NCBI GenBank assembly: GCA_015057865.1
Contig: SVDH01000005.1
Location: 29,950 to 93,949 of the forward strand
From: Lachnospiraceae bacterium
Lineage (GTDB): Bacteria > Bacillota > Clostridia > Lachnospirales > Lachnospiraceae
Direction of reading: 5' to 3'
DNA length: 64,000 bases
Shown here: positions 28,340-37,214 of the stretch, one piece after another
Layout: every line of letters begins with the position of its first letter
How positions within the stretch are numbered: the stretch's first letter is position 1
Notes under the pieces: model-generated
Seen by the model: the letters and a program-made list of their open reading frames with translations, nothing else
Databases searched by the model: none
What the model was told of the DNA's origin: nothing
Translations under genes and position numbers: made by a program

Positions 28340-29455
28340 ATGATAGAATACAGAATCGATCTAAAAGGAATCCAGAGCAGAGAGGCGCTGCATGATCTGT
28401 TGGAGCAGGTGCTTCCGCTGCCGGACTATTACGGGCGAAATCTTGACGCACTCTATGATGTGCTGACTGACTGGAGTGGGAAAACCGGGATTTTGCTTTG
28501 TGGTGTACGCGCCGCAATGGAAAACGAAGGAATGGAAAAGATTATCCGGGGGCTGGTGTCCGTTTTTATGGATGCAGCCAAAGAGAATCCGGGTTTTTCT
28601 GTTACAATAGAGGATGAGCATACAGACAAAGAGGAGGGACTTATGGAGAACAAGACAGATTACATTGCAAGTGCAGGACAGACGTATATTCCGTTTCAGA
28701 AGAATATCTATACCGATCTGATGCCGTTTGATCCGCCGGCAAAGCCGGATCCGCTGCTGCCACCGCTTGAGCTGACGGACGAAGCGATCGCAAAAGGATA
28801 TGTGCTGCCGTCACAAAAGCAGCATTTCCTTCCGGGCGTGACATCAGAGATGATGGACTGGTTCTGGGCAAATATGGAGAAGGGATACTATCTTTGGGCA
28901 CCGGGTTCTCACAAGCGTTTTAACTGGGTGAAATCTCCGGTAGAATACGGCATGGAGGATTCCATTCATATGATCGCAGAAACGACAGCCAAAGGGCTGC
29001 CGGTATTCGGAGGAGAGGGCGTTCAGATCCATCGCCTGCATCTGGATGAGTTTTATCCCTGTAAAACAGCATTAAAGCATGTTATTTGCGAGGGCGTTTT
29101 TAATGACGCCGGCGAATTTGTCGATTCCACGATCCATGAGTGGGAAGATGTGCCGGGCGGTCTGGTTCATATCACGGCAACGGTTTCGAATACAAAAGCT
29201 TCGATGCCGCCGGGATTTGTACTGAAGATGATCCAGGAAGATCCGAATGTGAAGATCGTTCCGAACTGGGCGACCGACCATGAAGACTATGAGGCAAGTC
29301 AGTGGCCGATCTTCCTGCCGAAGTTATATGAGCTTTGGAAAAACCATCCGGATCCGGCACAGAATGTACAGTGTAATCTGGAGGTTGCATTGGGCGAAGA
29401 TGGGAAGTATCATTATATAGCAGAAAACGGACCGGTTCAGATACCGGAAGCGTAG
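28340..29455 (+). CDS. barstar (RNase inhibitor) fused in frame to a ~270-aa PhlG/phloretin-hydrolase-like domain
   Basis: N-terminus MIEYRIDLKGIQSREALHDLLEQVLPLPDYYGRNLDALYDVLTDW is barstar-like. No stop occurs before an internal SD+ATG (AAGAGGAGGGACTT-ATG at 28643). The C-terminal part has YYLWAPGSHKRFNW and HEDYE (H-x3-E). I recall this as DAPG/phloretin hydrolase-like, from memory only. Confidence 0.7.
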   Translation: MIEYRIDLKGIQSREALHDLLEQVLPLPDYYGRNLDALYDVLTDWSGKTGILLCGVRAAMENEGMEKIIRGLVSVFMDAAKENPGFSVTIEDEHTDKEEGLMENKTDYIASAGQTYIPFQKNIYTDLMPFDPPAKPDPLLPPLELTDEAIAKGYVLPSQKQHFLPGVTSEMMDWFWANMEKGYYLWAPGSHKRFNWVKSPVEYGMEDSIHMIAETTAKGLPVFGGEGVQIHRLHLDEFYPCKTALKHVICEGVFNDAGEFVDSTIHEWEDVPGGLVHITATVSNTKASMPPGFVLKMIQEDPNVKIVPNWATDHEDYEASQWPIFLPKLYELWKNHPDPAQNVQCNLEVALGEDGKYHYIAENGPVQIPEA

Positions 29456-29495
29456 TTGGAACCATTGAAGTTAAATCAAAAGGAGTAGTTTTTTT

Positions 29496-30482
29496 ATGAG
29501 TATTAAAATCGGAATTGCAGGTTATGGAAATCTTGGCCGCGGTGTAGAATGCGCGATCCGTCAGAACGAGGATCTGGAGCTGGCGGCAGTTTTTACCAGA
29601 AGAGATCCGGAAACAGTCAAGATCCTGACAGAAGGCGTGCCGGTCTGCCGCGCAGAAGAAGCAGCCGACTGGAAAGATAAGATCGATGTATTGATCATCT
29701 GCGGCGGAAGCGCAACAGATCTTCCGGTACAGACACCGAAGTTTGTAGAGCTGTTTAATGTCATTGACAGCTTTGATACACATGCAAAGATCCCGGAGCA
29801 TTTTGCGACAGTCGATGCTGCAGCGAAAGCGAGCGGTCATGTAGGAATCATTTCCGTAGGTTGGGATCCGGGTCTGTTCTCCCTGAACCGTATGTATGCA
29901 AATGCGATCCTTCCGAACGGAAAAGATTACACATTCTGGGGCAAAGGCGTCAGCCAGGGACACTCAGACGCGATCCGCCGGATCCCGGGTGTCAAAAATG
30001 GTAAGCAGTATACCATTCCGGTGCCGGAGGCGCTCGACGCTGCACGTTCCGGACAGAATCCGGAGCTGACCACACGCCAGAAGCATACAAGAGAGTGCTT
30101 TGTTGTGGCTGAGGAAGGTGCTGATAAGGCAGCGATCGAAGAAGCGATCAAGACCATGCCGAACTACTTTGATGAGTATGATACCACCGTACATTTCATC
30201 ACTGAAGAAGAACTGCTGACAGAGCACAGCGCAATGCCGCACGGCGGATTTGTACTGCGTTCCGGAAAGACCGGCTGGGATCTTGAGAACAACCATATCA
30301 TTGAGTACAGCTTAAAGCTGGATTCCAATCCGGAATTTACCACAAGTGTACTGGTGGCTTATGCGAGAGCAGCTTACCGCATGGCGCAGGAAGGACAGAC
30401 AGGCTGTAAGACGGTATTCGATATTGCACCTGCATACCTGTCCGCAAAGAGCGGGGAAGAGCTTCGGAAATCCCTGCTGTAA
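29496..30482 (+). CDS. ddh: meso-diaminopimelate D-dehydrogenase
   Basis: IKIGIAGYGNLGRGVE N-terminus, 328 aa, family-typical throughout. AAAGGAG SD. Confidence 0.9.
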   Translation: MSIKIGIAGYGNLGRGVECAIRQNEDLELAAVFTRRDPETVKILTEGVPVCRAEEAADWKDKIDVLIICGGSATDLPVQTPKFVELFNVIDSFDTHAKIPEHFATVDAAAKASGHVGIISVGWDPGLFSLNRMYANAILPNGKDYTFWGKGVSQGHSDAIRRIPGVKNGKQYTIPVPEALDAARSGQNPELTTRQKHTRECFVVAEEGADKAAIEEAIKTMPNYFDEYDTTVHFITEEELLTEHSAMPHGGFVLRSGKTGWDLENNHIIEYSLKLDSNPEFTTSVLVAYARAAYRMAQEGQTGCKTVFDIAPAYLSAKSGEELRKSLL

Positions 30483-30552
30483 GCTTCGGATGTAATGAGC
30501 GGAGCGCATTAGAAGTATTCACGCTCAGGATTGTGGAATGATGAAAAGAAAT

Positions 30553-30586
30553 ATCTCCCCTGTGGATTGCCGCAGGGGAGATTTCA
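30553..30586 (+). terminator. hairpin after ddh
   Basis: ATCTCCCCTG / CAGGGGAGAT stem with a 10-nt loop, followed by TTTCAAATC (a weak U tract). Confidence 0.45.
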
Positions 30587-30604
30587 AATCTGCTGGAAGT
30601 GTAA

Positions 30605-31207
30605 ATGATGATCGGCATTTTTATTGGCAACAGCATACTGCTTGGGATAGCATTGGCGATGGACGCGTTTTCCGTGTCCGTCGCACATGGACTGTCTGAT
30701 CCCCGGATGAAGTCTGCCCGGATGGCGACGATTGCAGGCGTATTTGCCTTTTTTCAGTTTCTGATGCCGATGATCGGCTGGATCTGTGTACATACGATCG
30801 CAGCACAGTTTACTTCATTTGAAAGGCTGGTTCCGTGGATCGCGCTGATCCTTCTTGCAGTCCTGGGGATCAATATGATCCGGGAAGGAATCACGAAGAA
30901 GCGGGATGCAGCCGGATCAGAAGAGCCGGCTGGCATGCGTTTTACTGCAGGCGTCCTGTTCGTACAGGGGATCGCCACTTCGATCGATGCGCTTTCCGTT
31001 GGATTTACCATATCCGGATATGGCGCGCTGATGGCATTTTTTGCCTCTGTGATCATTGCCGCAGTCACATTTGTGATCTGTATCGGCGGCGTGAAGATCG
31101 GCCAGAAGATCGGTGCAAGATTTACATCTTATGCCACGATCATTGGCGGCCTGATCCTCATTGCGATCGGGATAGAGATCTTTGTTCGGAATCTGCTGGC
31201 GGGTTGA
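30605..31207 (+). CDS. mntP: manganese efflux pump MntP family protein
   Basis: Six TM segments and duplicated DAFSVS/DALSVG motifs typical of MntP/YebN. Confidence 0.85.
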   Translation: MMIGIFIGNSILLGIALAMDAFSVSVAHGLSDPRMKSARMATIAGVFAFFQFLMPMIGWICVHTIAAQFTSFERLVPWIALILLAVLGINMIREGITKKRDAAGSEEPAGMRFTAGVLFVQGIATSIDALSVGFTISGYGALMAFFASVIIAAVTFVICIGGVKIGQKIGARFTSYATIIGGLILIAIGIEIFVRNLLAG

Positions 31208-31212
31208 ATTCC

Positions 31213-32682
31213 TTACCACAGGAAGGAGAAGAAGTCTTCTAACGAGTTCCCGCCGTAGGAACCACCGTTTCCATACTGTGAATCATTGTCACCAAACGGA
31301 TCCATATTATTCCCGTAAGAACCGTCCTGAGAAGGATTTCCATCATTCCGGGAACCATTATCTGTGCTACTGTCATTCGCATTTGCGCTTTCTTCTGAAT
31401 CGAGTGTAACAGTGACAGTTTTTTCTTTATAAGTACCATTTGAATTTCTTGCATAGGTAACTTCTGCCTGTGTACCTGCTTTGTAGTACTGAAGCAGGTT
31501 TTTCAGTTCTGTCATACTGCTGATCTCCTGTCCGTTAAAGGCAGTAATGATATCACCCTTTTGCAGTCCTGCGGCCTGTGCACAGCTGCCGTTAACAACC
31601 TGTGAGATGTAGATGCCGACCGGCAGACCATAGTTTTCAGCTGTCTGGGAATCAACATCCTGTCCATAGATGCCAAGATATCCGTAGCCGCTCTCAAGCT
31701 TGCTTTTGGTTTCTTCTGTCATCAGTTTTTCAAGGATCGGTTCCGCACTGGAGATCGGGATCGCAAATCCCATTCCCTCTACCGTTGTATCGGAGAATTT
31801 AGCGGTGTTGATACCGATCAGTTCACCGTTCATGTTGAACAGGGCACCGCCGCTGTTGCCCGGATTGATGGCAGCATCTGTCTGCAGCAGCGTGGAAGTC
31901 GTGTTCGCGTCGATCTCAACTTCTTTATCCAAAGCACTGATATAGCCGGATGTGACGGATTGCCCGTACCCAAGTGCATTGCCGATGGCGACAACCTGAT
32001 CACCGACGCTTGCGCTGTCAGCATCTGCAAAGGTTGCGATCGAGATGCTCTTTAAAACATCATCATCAATGTCCGAAAGAGAAACTGCGACCACGGCCAG
32101 ATCGTTGGCAGAATCGGTTCCTTTGATATTGGCTTCATAGACAGCCTCTTCCGAATCGTTGAAGCATACCGTTAATGTGTTTGCGCCTTCCACGACATGA
32201 TAATTGGTAGCGATCAGAAGCTCGTCATCATTCTTTCCGATGATCACGCCTGAACCGGCGCTTTCGATCTCCGCGCTTTCACCAAACATGCTCATTGTTT
32301 CAGAAACGCTTTTGTTCGTGATCGCGACAACGGATGAGGTGCACTGATCGGCAACCTGCGAAACCGTCATGCCTTCGGCAAGCGTAGCCGTTCCGGATGT
32401 GATTTCGTTATTGGATGCTTCGTTTTGTGAAGTCTGGGAAGTGGTGGTGGCGATCGCCGTCGGCGCAGCAGTGCCGCCATACACGTTTTTCCCCGCTGCA
32501 AAGGAGCCGAATACCATACCTCCGCCGACACCGCCGATGATCAGCGCACAGAGCAGCGAACGCAGATAAATGTTCAGGTGTTTCTTTTTCTTTCTGGGTT
32601 TCACCTCCTGATAAACGGAATCCCAGCTGACGTGTTCATAGGTTTCGTTTTTGTTTTTCTTCAGATTCTTCAGTTGAAACAT
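31213..32682 (-). CDS. HtrA/DegP-like S1C serine protease with PDZ domain
   Basis: TM anchor, catalytic DAAINPGNSGGALFN, PDZ-like GLQKGDIITAFNGQEI, Gly/Asn/Ser-rich tail. GGAGGG SD before the ATG at 32682. Confidence 0.85.
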   Translation of the reverse strand: MFQLKNLKKNKNETYEHVSWDSVYQEVKPRKKKKHLNIYLRSLLCALIIGGVGGGMVFGSFAAGKNVYGGTAAPTAIATTTSQTSQNEASNNEITSGTATLAEGMTVSQVADQCTSSVVAITNKSVSETMSMFGESAEIESAGSGVIIGKNDDELLIATNYHVVEGANTLTVCFNDSEEAVYEANIKGTDSANDLAVVAVSLSDIDDDVLKSISIATFADADSASVGDQVVAIGNALGYGQSVTSGYISALDKEVEIDANTTSTLLQTDAAINPGNSGGALFNMNGELIGINTAKFSDTTVEGMGFAIPISSAEPILEKLMTEETKSKLESGYGYLGIYGQDVDSQTAENYGLPVGIYISQVVNGSCAQAAGLQKGDIITAFNGQEISSMTELKNLLQYYKAGTQAEVTYARNSNGTYKEKTVTVTLDSEESANANDSSTDNGSRNDGNPSQDGSYGNNMDPFGDNDSQYGNGGSYGGNSLEDFFSFLW

Positions 32683-32851
32683 ATTTGTTCCCTCCATGTC
32701 TGATCAAGTTGATATGTCAATTGCTTTCAAATCTTTTTCTTTATGCTGCAATCATACAAAGGGATTGTTTTCAAAAGTTGTTTTTTTGGTGAAGAAACTG
32801 TGTATTCTGTGTCTATTTTGTGAAGCCTTTATAAAGTCGGTGCCAAATCGC

Positions 32852-32880
32852 GTGACATTTTGATAGAGATTTGCTATTAT
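32852..32880 (+). promoter_or_regulatory. candidate promoter for the DUF1002-to-AAA+ gene string
   Basis: GTGACA, 17-nt spacer, TATTAT; ~80 nt upstream of the ATG at 32960. Confidence 0.4.
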
Positions 32881-32959
32881 CGGTTGTGTTTTGCAAAAAG
32901 CAGATGTGAAAAGGAAAGAATCCTTTGTATCTGCAAAATCAAATATTGGGAGGCATATC

Positions 32960-33871
32960 ATGAATCGATATATAAAAAAAGGAACAGTAATCGCATTGAC
33001 GGCAGCGTTCATCGCGACCGCCGGCCAGACGGCTGCTTTTGCGGCAGATGGGAATTATGATACGAAGGAAACGTATTTATCCCTTGGCGCAGACTTAAGC
33101 GACAGTGAAAAAGCGACTGTTTATGAGCTTTTAGGGATCAAAGAGGGAGAGATTCCGGAAGACCAGATCCAAAAGGTTACAAATGAGGAGGAACACCAGT
33201 ATCTGGATTCCTATATTCCGTCAAATCAGATTGGCACCAGGGCACTTTCCTCCGTTCTTGTGACGGAAGCCGCAGACGGGAAAGGGATTGATGTCACGAC
33301 AAAGAATATCGGTTATTGCACAGAAGGCATGTATGAAAATGCACTTGCAACAGCCGGTGCGAAAGACATCGATGTTGTCGTTGCAGGTCCGTTTGAGATC
33401 TCCGGAACCGCAGCACTTGTCGGCGCGATCAAGGCGTATTCCGAAAAAACCGGAGAAACGGTGGATGAGGAAACGGTAGATGCAGCGATCGATGAGATGG
33501 TCACGACGGGTGAACTCAAAGATAGCATGGCCGAATCCGTTGAAAGCGGAGAAGTATCCGACGAAGCAGTAGAAGGCATGGTGGCATGGCTGAAGGAAAA
33601 GGTGGCAAACAGTGACGATGAAGATCTTGACGCGCTGATCGATGAAGGGGAGGAAAAGTTTGGTGTTTCCCTGACTGAAGATGAGCAGGCACAGTTAAGA
33701 GATCTGCTTCGGAAACTTTCTTCTTTGGATCTTGATGTGAAATCCTTGAAAGATCAGGCACAAAGCATTTATAATAAGCTTGATGATATGGGTATCCATG
33801 TTTCATCAGAAGATGCAAATGGGATCATTCAGAAGATCATGGCATGGTTGAGAGGTTTTCTGAATAAGTAA
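32960..33871 (+). CDS. secreted DUF1002 (YpuA-like) protein
   Basis: Signal peptide ending AAFA and LSLGADLSDSEKATVYELLGI-type repeats that I recall from DUF1002. GGGAGG SD before the ATG at 32960. Confidence 0.6.
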   Translation: MNRYIKKGTVIALTAAFIATAGQTAAFAADGNYDTKETYLSLGADLSDSEKATVYELLGIKEGEIPEDQIQKVTNEEEHQYLDSYIPSNQIGTRALSSVLVTEAADGKGIDVTTKNIGYCTEGMYENALATAGAKDIDVVVAGPFEISGTAALVGAIKAYSEKTGETVDEETVDAAIDEMVTTGELKDSMAESVESGEVSDEAVEGMVAWLKEKVANSDDEDLDALIDEGEEKFGVSLTEDEQAQLRDLLRKLSSLDLDVKSLKDQAQSIYNKLDDMGIHVSSEDANGIIQKIMAWLRGFLNK

Positions 33872-33896
33872 ATGCCGTTAGGCGGGATGGATCATT

Positions 33897-34964
33897 ATGA
33901 AATACGAAATACACAATGACCGTATCGTGATGCGGGATGAGAACGGAAAAGCGGTTGCGCAGATTCAGTACCCGGAAGTAGGAAAGAATGTAAACGAGAT
34001 CGCGCACATTTACGGAGAGAATTCTCCGGAAGGACGCGCACATGCGAACCTGCTGATGGAGATGGCTGTTGCTGAGATCAGAAAAAACGGTCGCATGCTG
34101 ATCCCCGGATGCGCATTTGCCACGCATTGGTTTACCAAACATCCGGAAGAGCAGGATGTGGTGACAAGCTGGGATGCGCTAAAGGAAATGGAAGCAGCGC
34201 TGTATGGCGAGCCGACAAAAGAGATTTCTCCTGTTAACAGCAGTGCGCAGGCGGGCGTGTCCGGAGAAACGGGGAATATCGGTAAAGTCGGAAAGCAGGA
34301 TGAGGAAGCTGCCCGGCTGGAAAAGGATAAAAAGCAGTTTGAGGAAGATGTCCGTTCTGCGAAAGAGCGAAAGAAAGCGCAAAAAGAAGCGCGGAAGAAA
34401 GAACTTGCCAGACAGCAGGAAGAAGAGAGACAGCTTGCAATTCTAGAAGACGCAAAGGAAGAAGAAGAAAAGATCAGAAAAGGGGAGGCACGTCTGGATA
34501 GCTCGCTTACGGTTGTTTTGCGTGTACTGCAGGTGATCTCCATGCTGTGTATGGTGGCGGTTCTGGCATTTTATTTTTCAGCAGCGATCACAGAAAAGAT
34601 TTATATCGTTGAGAATTTCCCGCAGCTGATCTGTCTCGGCTTATCAGCGTTTATCCTGATCTTCGGAGTAATCCAGATCATCTGGATCATGACGAGGAAA
34701 AGACTCCGTGATGAGTTTGGAGACAAGCTGGATATCCGATACGATGCCGGCCGGGGTGTGTTCGGGTTTATCGTTATCCTGATCATTTCGCTGGTCTGCG
34801 GATTCGCGGTGAATTATGTACCGGAAGGACTGGTTGATTTGATTGGCATTTCTCAGTTTTCCGAAATCTATCAGATGCGGATCATGCCGATCGTATACGC
34901 GGCGATCGCAGGCCTTGTGCTCTGCATCATCCGGAAGGCTGCAGGTAGAACGCTTGTAAGGTAA
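33897..34964 (+). CDS. GNAT-like (YjdJ-type, ~90 aa) domain, Lys/Glu coiled-coil and 4-TM C-terminal domain
   Basis: The N-terminus (HIYGENSPEGRAHANLLMEMAVAEIRKNGRMLIPGCAFATHWFTKHPE) resembles the short GNAT fold. The middle is KE-rich. The C-terminus has four hydrophobic helices. Confidence 0.55.
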   Translation: MKYEIHNDRIVMRDENGKAVAQIQYPEVGKNVNEIAHIYGENSPEGRAHANLLMEMAVAEIRKNGRMLIPGCAFATHWFTKHPEEQDVVTSWDALKEMEAALYGEPTKEISPVNSSAQAGVSGETGNIGKVGKQDEEAARLEKDKKQFEEDVRSAKERKKAQKEARKKELARQQEEERQLAILEDAKEEEEKIRKGEARLDSSLTVVLRVLQVISMLCMVAVLAFYFSAAITEKIYIVENFPQLICLGLSAFILIFGVIQIIWIMTRKRLRDEFGDKLDIRYDAGRGVFGFIVILIISLVCGFAVNYVPEGLVDLIGISQFSEIYQMRIMPIVYAAIAGLVLCIIRKAAGRTLVR

Positions 34965-34976
34965 TCGGGAGACAAT

Positions 34977-35852
34977 ATGCCGTTTACGTATGAACAAAAA
35001 GAAATACAGGGAGAGGCAGCTGCGCAGGTGACAGGCTATGAAGGGGAAGTATCCCGGCTGCGGATACCGGAGCAGATCGATGGACTTCGGGTCCTTGGTA
35101 TCGGCAGCAATGCTTTTTCCTGGAGAGAGGATATCAAAGAGGCAATCCTGCCTGAGCATCTTAGGGTGCTCGGGGGGTTTGCCTTTTACAATTCTAAAAA
35201 CCTTCAAAGCATCACGCTCTATGACGGAGTCGAGGATTATCATGACGGCGTGATCCGTCACTGCAAAAACCTTTCTGAGATCCGTGTGAATATGACTAGG
35301 GAAAACTATGTGCTTGTGAAGGCACTTCTGGGTGACAATGACAGGATGCTGCGGCTGGTGCTGGATACAAAGAAGGAAACCATTTGTCTGACATTTCCCG
35401 AATACTTCAGTGATTATATTGAAGACACCCGTGCAAGGGCATTTCATACAAAGATCGAAGGCGCGGGGTACCGTTACCGGGAATGCGTGACCGGCAAAGG
35501 GATCCTTTATCAGGAATATGACGAGGTCTTTATCCGGGCATCATCTTACGACGGCCCTTCTGCGGCCAGGATCGCATTGGATCGTCTGATGTTTCCGCAT
35601 GAGCTGAGTGCCTACGCGAAGAACCGCTATGAGGAATATCTGCGTATGGAAATGGAATCCATCCTGCCGGAACTGATCGACAACAGACAGGAGGATGTGA
35701 TCACATTTCTTGCCAGACGTGATCTGATCGGAGAAAAAGCGCTTGAGAAAGGCATTTTTCTGGCTTCGAAGCAGAATGCGGTTTCAATCAGTGCCCGATT
35801 AATGGAGGCACAGCAAAAGGTGAGAAAGCCCGCGGGCAGATTTGTGCTGTAA
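34977..35852 (+). CDS. cytoplasmic leucine-rich-repeat (BspA-type LRR) protein
   Basis: Repeats of the type IPEQIDGLRVLGIGSNAFSWREDIKEAILPEHLRVLGGFAFYNSKNLQSITL. No signal peptide. Confidence 0.6.
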   Translation: MPFTYEQKEIQGEAAAQVTGYEGEVSRLRIPEQIDGLRVLGIGSNAFSWREDIKEAILPEHLRVLGGFAFYNSKNLQSITLYDGVEDYHDGVIRHCKNLSEIRVNMTRENYVLVKALLGDNDRMLRLVLDTKKETICLTFPEYFSDYIEDTRARAFHTKIEGAGYRYRECVTGKGILYQEYDEVFIRASSYDGPSAARIALDRLMFPHELSAYAKNRYEEYLRMEMESILPELIDNRQEDVITFLARRDLIGEKALEKGIFLASKQNAVSISARLMEAQQKVRKPAGRFVL

Positions 35853-35876
35853 CGGGAAGAGGAGACATAGAACTGT

Positions 35877-37199
35877 ATGAAGCAGAGACAGGAACTGGAA
35901 AAGATGGGGAATCGCATCTTATCGGCGTCCCGGACAGAGCTGTTTTTATCGATGCGTTTTCTGGGGCCGGCGCTGGACGGACTGGACTGTGTGATGGATG
36001 TATCCACACGGACGATCGGAACAGACGGGGTGTCTTTGCGTTATCATCCGGACTATGTATTCCGTACCTGGATGGCACATCCCTACCGGGTCAACCGGGC
36101 ATACGTCCATATGCTCATACACAGCCTGTTCTGTCATATGTATCATGCGAAAGACTATGAAGATATCGGGTTGTGGAATCTCTGCTGTGATATTGCAGCG
36201 GAATCCATACTGGATTCGATGGATTCGGAGGCAGTACGTGTCTGCCCCTCTGACTTCAGGGAAAGCTGGTATGAAAAGCTTGACAGGGAAGTCTCTGTGC
36301 TGACGGCAGAAAAGCTGTATGCATGGTTTTACGGACAGAAACGGGACGCGTATCTGGAAGAGCAGCTGCGCAGAGAGTTTTCGACGGATGATCACAGTTT
36401 CTGGGAACGGCTCGAAGATGAAAAGGAAAAGCCGCCGGAAAATCCGGATCTGCCGGTACAGAATCCGGAAGATGACTGGAATGAAAAAGCCAAGCGGCTG
36501 AAGGAAGATCTGGAATCCCGGGGATCGGAAGCGGCTGATGAGTATGGGACGCTGTCACGTATTCTGCGGGCTGTTTACAGAAAGCGCACGGACTATCGGA
36601 AATGGCTGGAGCGTTTTTCTGTATTGCGGGAAGAGACAAAGATCGATCCCGATTCATTTGATTATCATTTCTATTATTACGGACTCTCTCTGTATGGCAA
36701 TATGCCGCTGATCGAGGAAAACGAGTTTTGCGAAAGCAGGAAAGTGGAAACACTGGTATTGGCGATCGACACATCGGCGTCATGCCAGCCCGCACTGGTA
36801 CAGGAGTTTGTAAATGAGACCGTTTCCATTCTGAAATCGAAAGAGAGTTTTTTTCGTACAGTAGACATTCATATTGTAGAATGCGATAATCAGGTGCAGC
36901 GGTGTATGCATTTAAAACGACTGGAAGATATTGATGCATGGAAAGATACATTTACGGTTTCCGGCGGATTCGGTACAGATTTCCGGCCTGTTTTTCAATG
37001 GGTTCGGGATATGCAGAACAAAGGCGCGCTGCAGACACTCAAAGGATTGCTTTATTTTACGGACGGATACGGCATCTATCCGGAAGAAGCAACACCTTAT
37101 GAAACGGCATTTGTCTTTTGGAACGATGCGGATGAAGGGGAAGTCAAAACCCCTGACTGGGCCCAGCGTCTGTATGTCGAGCCGGGTGGTGAAATATAG
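35877..37199 (+). CDS. DUF2201-type protein: metallopeptidase-like N-domain plus vWA domain
   Basis: The N-domain has an H-x3-H-x4-H helix (VHMLIHSLFCH) in which the usual Glu appears replaced by Met. The C-domain has the MIDAS motif LAIDTSAS and GGFGTDFRPVF. Confidence 0.7.
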   Translation: MKQRQELEKMGNRILSASRTELFLSMRFLGPALDGLDCVMDVSTRTIGTDGVSLRYHPDYVFRTWMAHPYRVNRAYVHMLIHSLFCHMYHAKDYEDIGLWNLCCDIAAESILDSMDSEAVRVCPSDFRESWYEKLDREVSVLTAEKLYAWFYGQKRDAYLEEQLRREFSTDDHSFWERLEDEKEKPPENPDLPVQNPEDDWNEKAKRLKEDLESRGSEAADEYGTLSRILRAVYRKRTDYRKWLERFSVLREETKIDPDSFDYHFYYYGLSLYGNMPLIEENEFCESRKVETLVLAIDTSASCQPALVQEFVNETVSILKSKESFFRTVDIHIVECDNQVQRCMHLKRLEDIDAWKDTFTVSGGFGTDFRPVFQWVRDMQNKGALQTLKGLLYFTDGYGIYPEEATPYETAFVFWNDADEGEVKTPDWAQRLYVEPGGEI

Positions 37200-37214
37200 T
37201 GCAGGAGAAACAGG

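Noticed and set aside
30483-30604. A possible yybP-ykoY (Mn2+) riboswitch upstream of mntP, suggested by a GGGGAG string.
   Set aside because: The GGGGAG is the 3' arm of the ddh terminator hairpin and lies only ~25 nt before the ATG. The other conserved riboswitch elements are not visible, and there is no room for the four-helix architecture.
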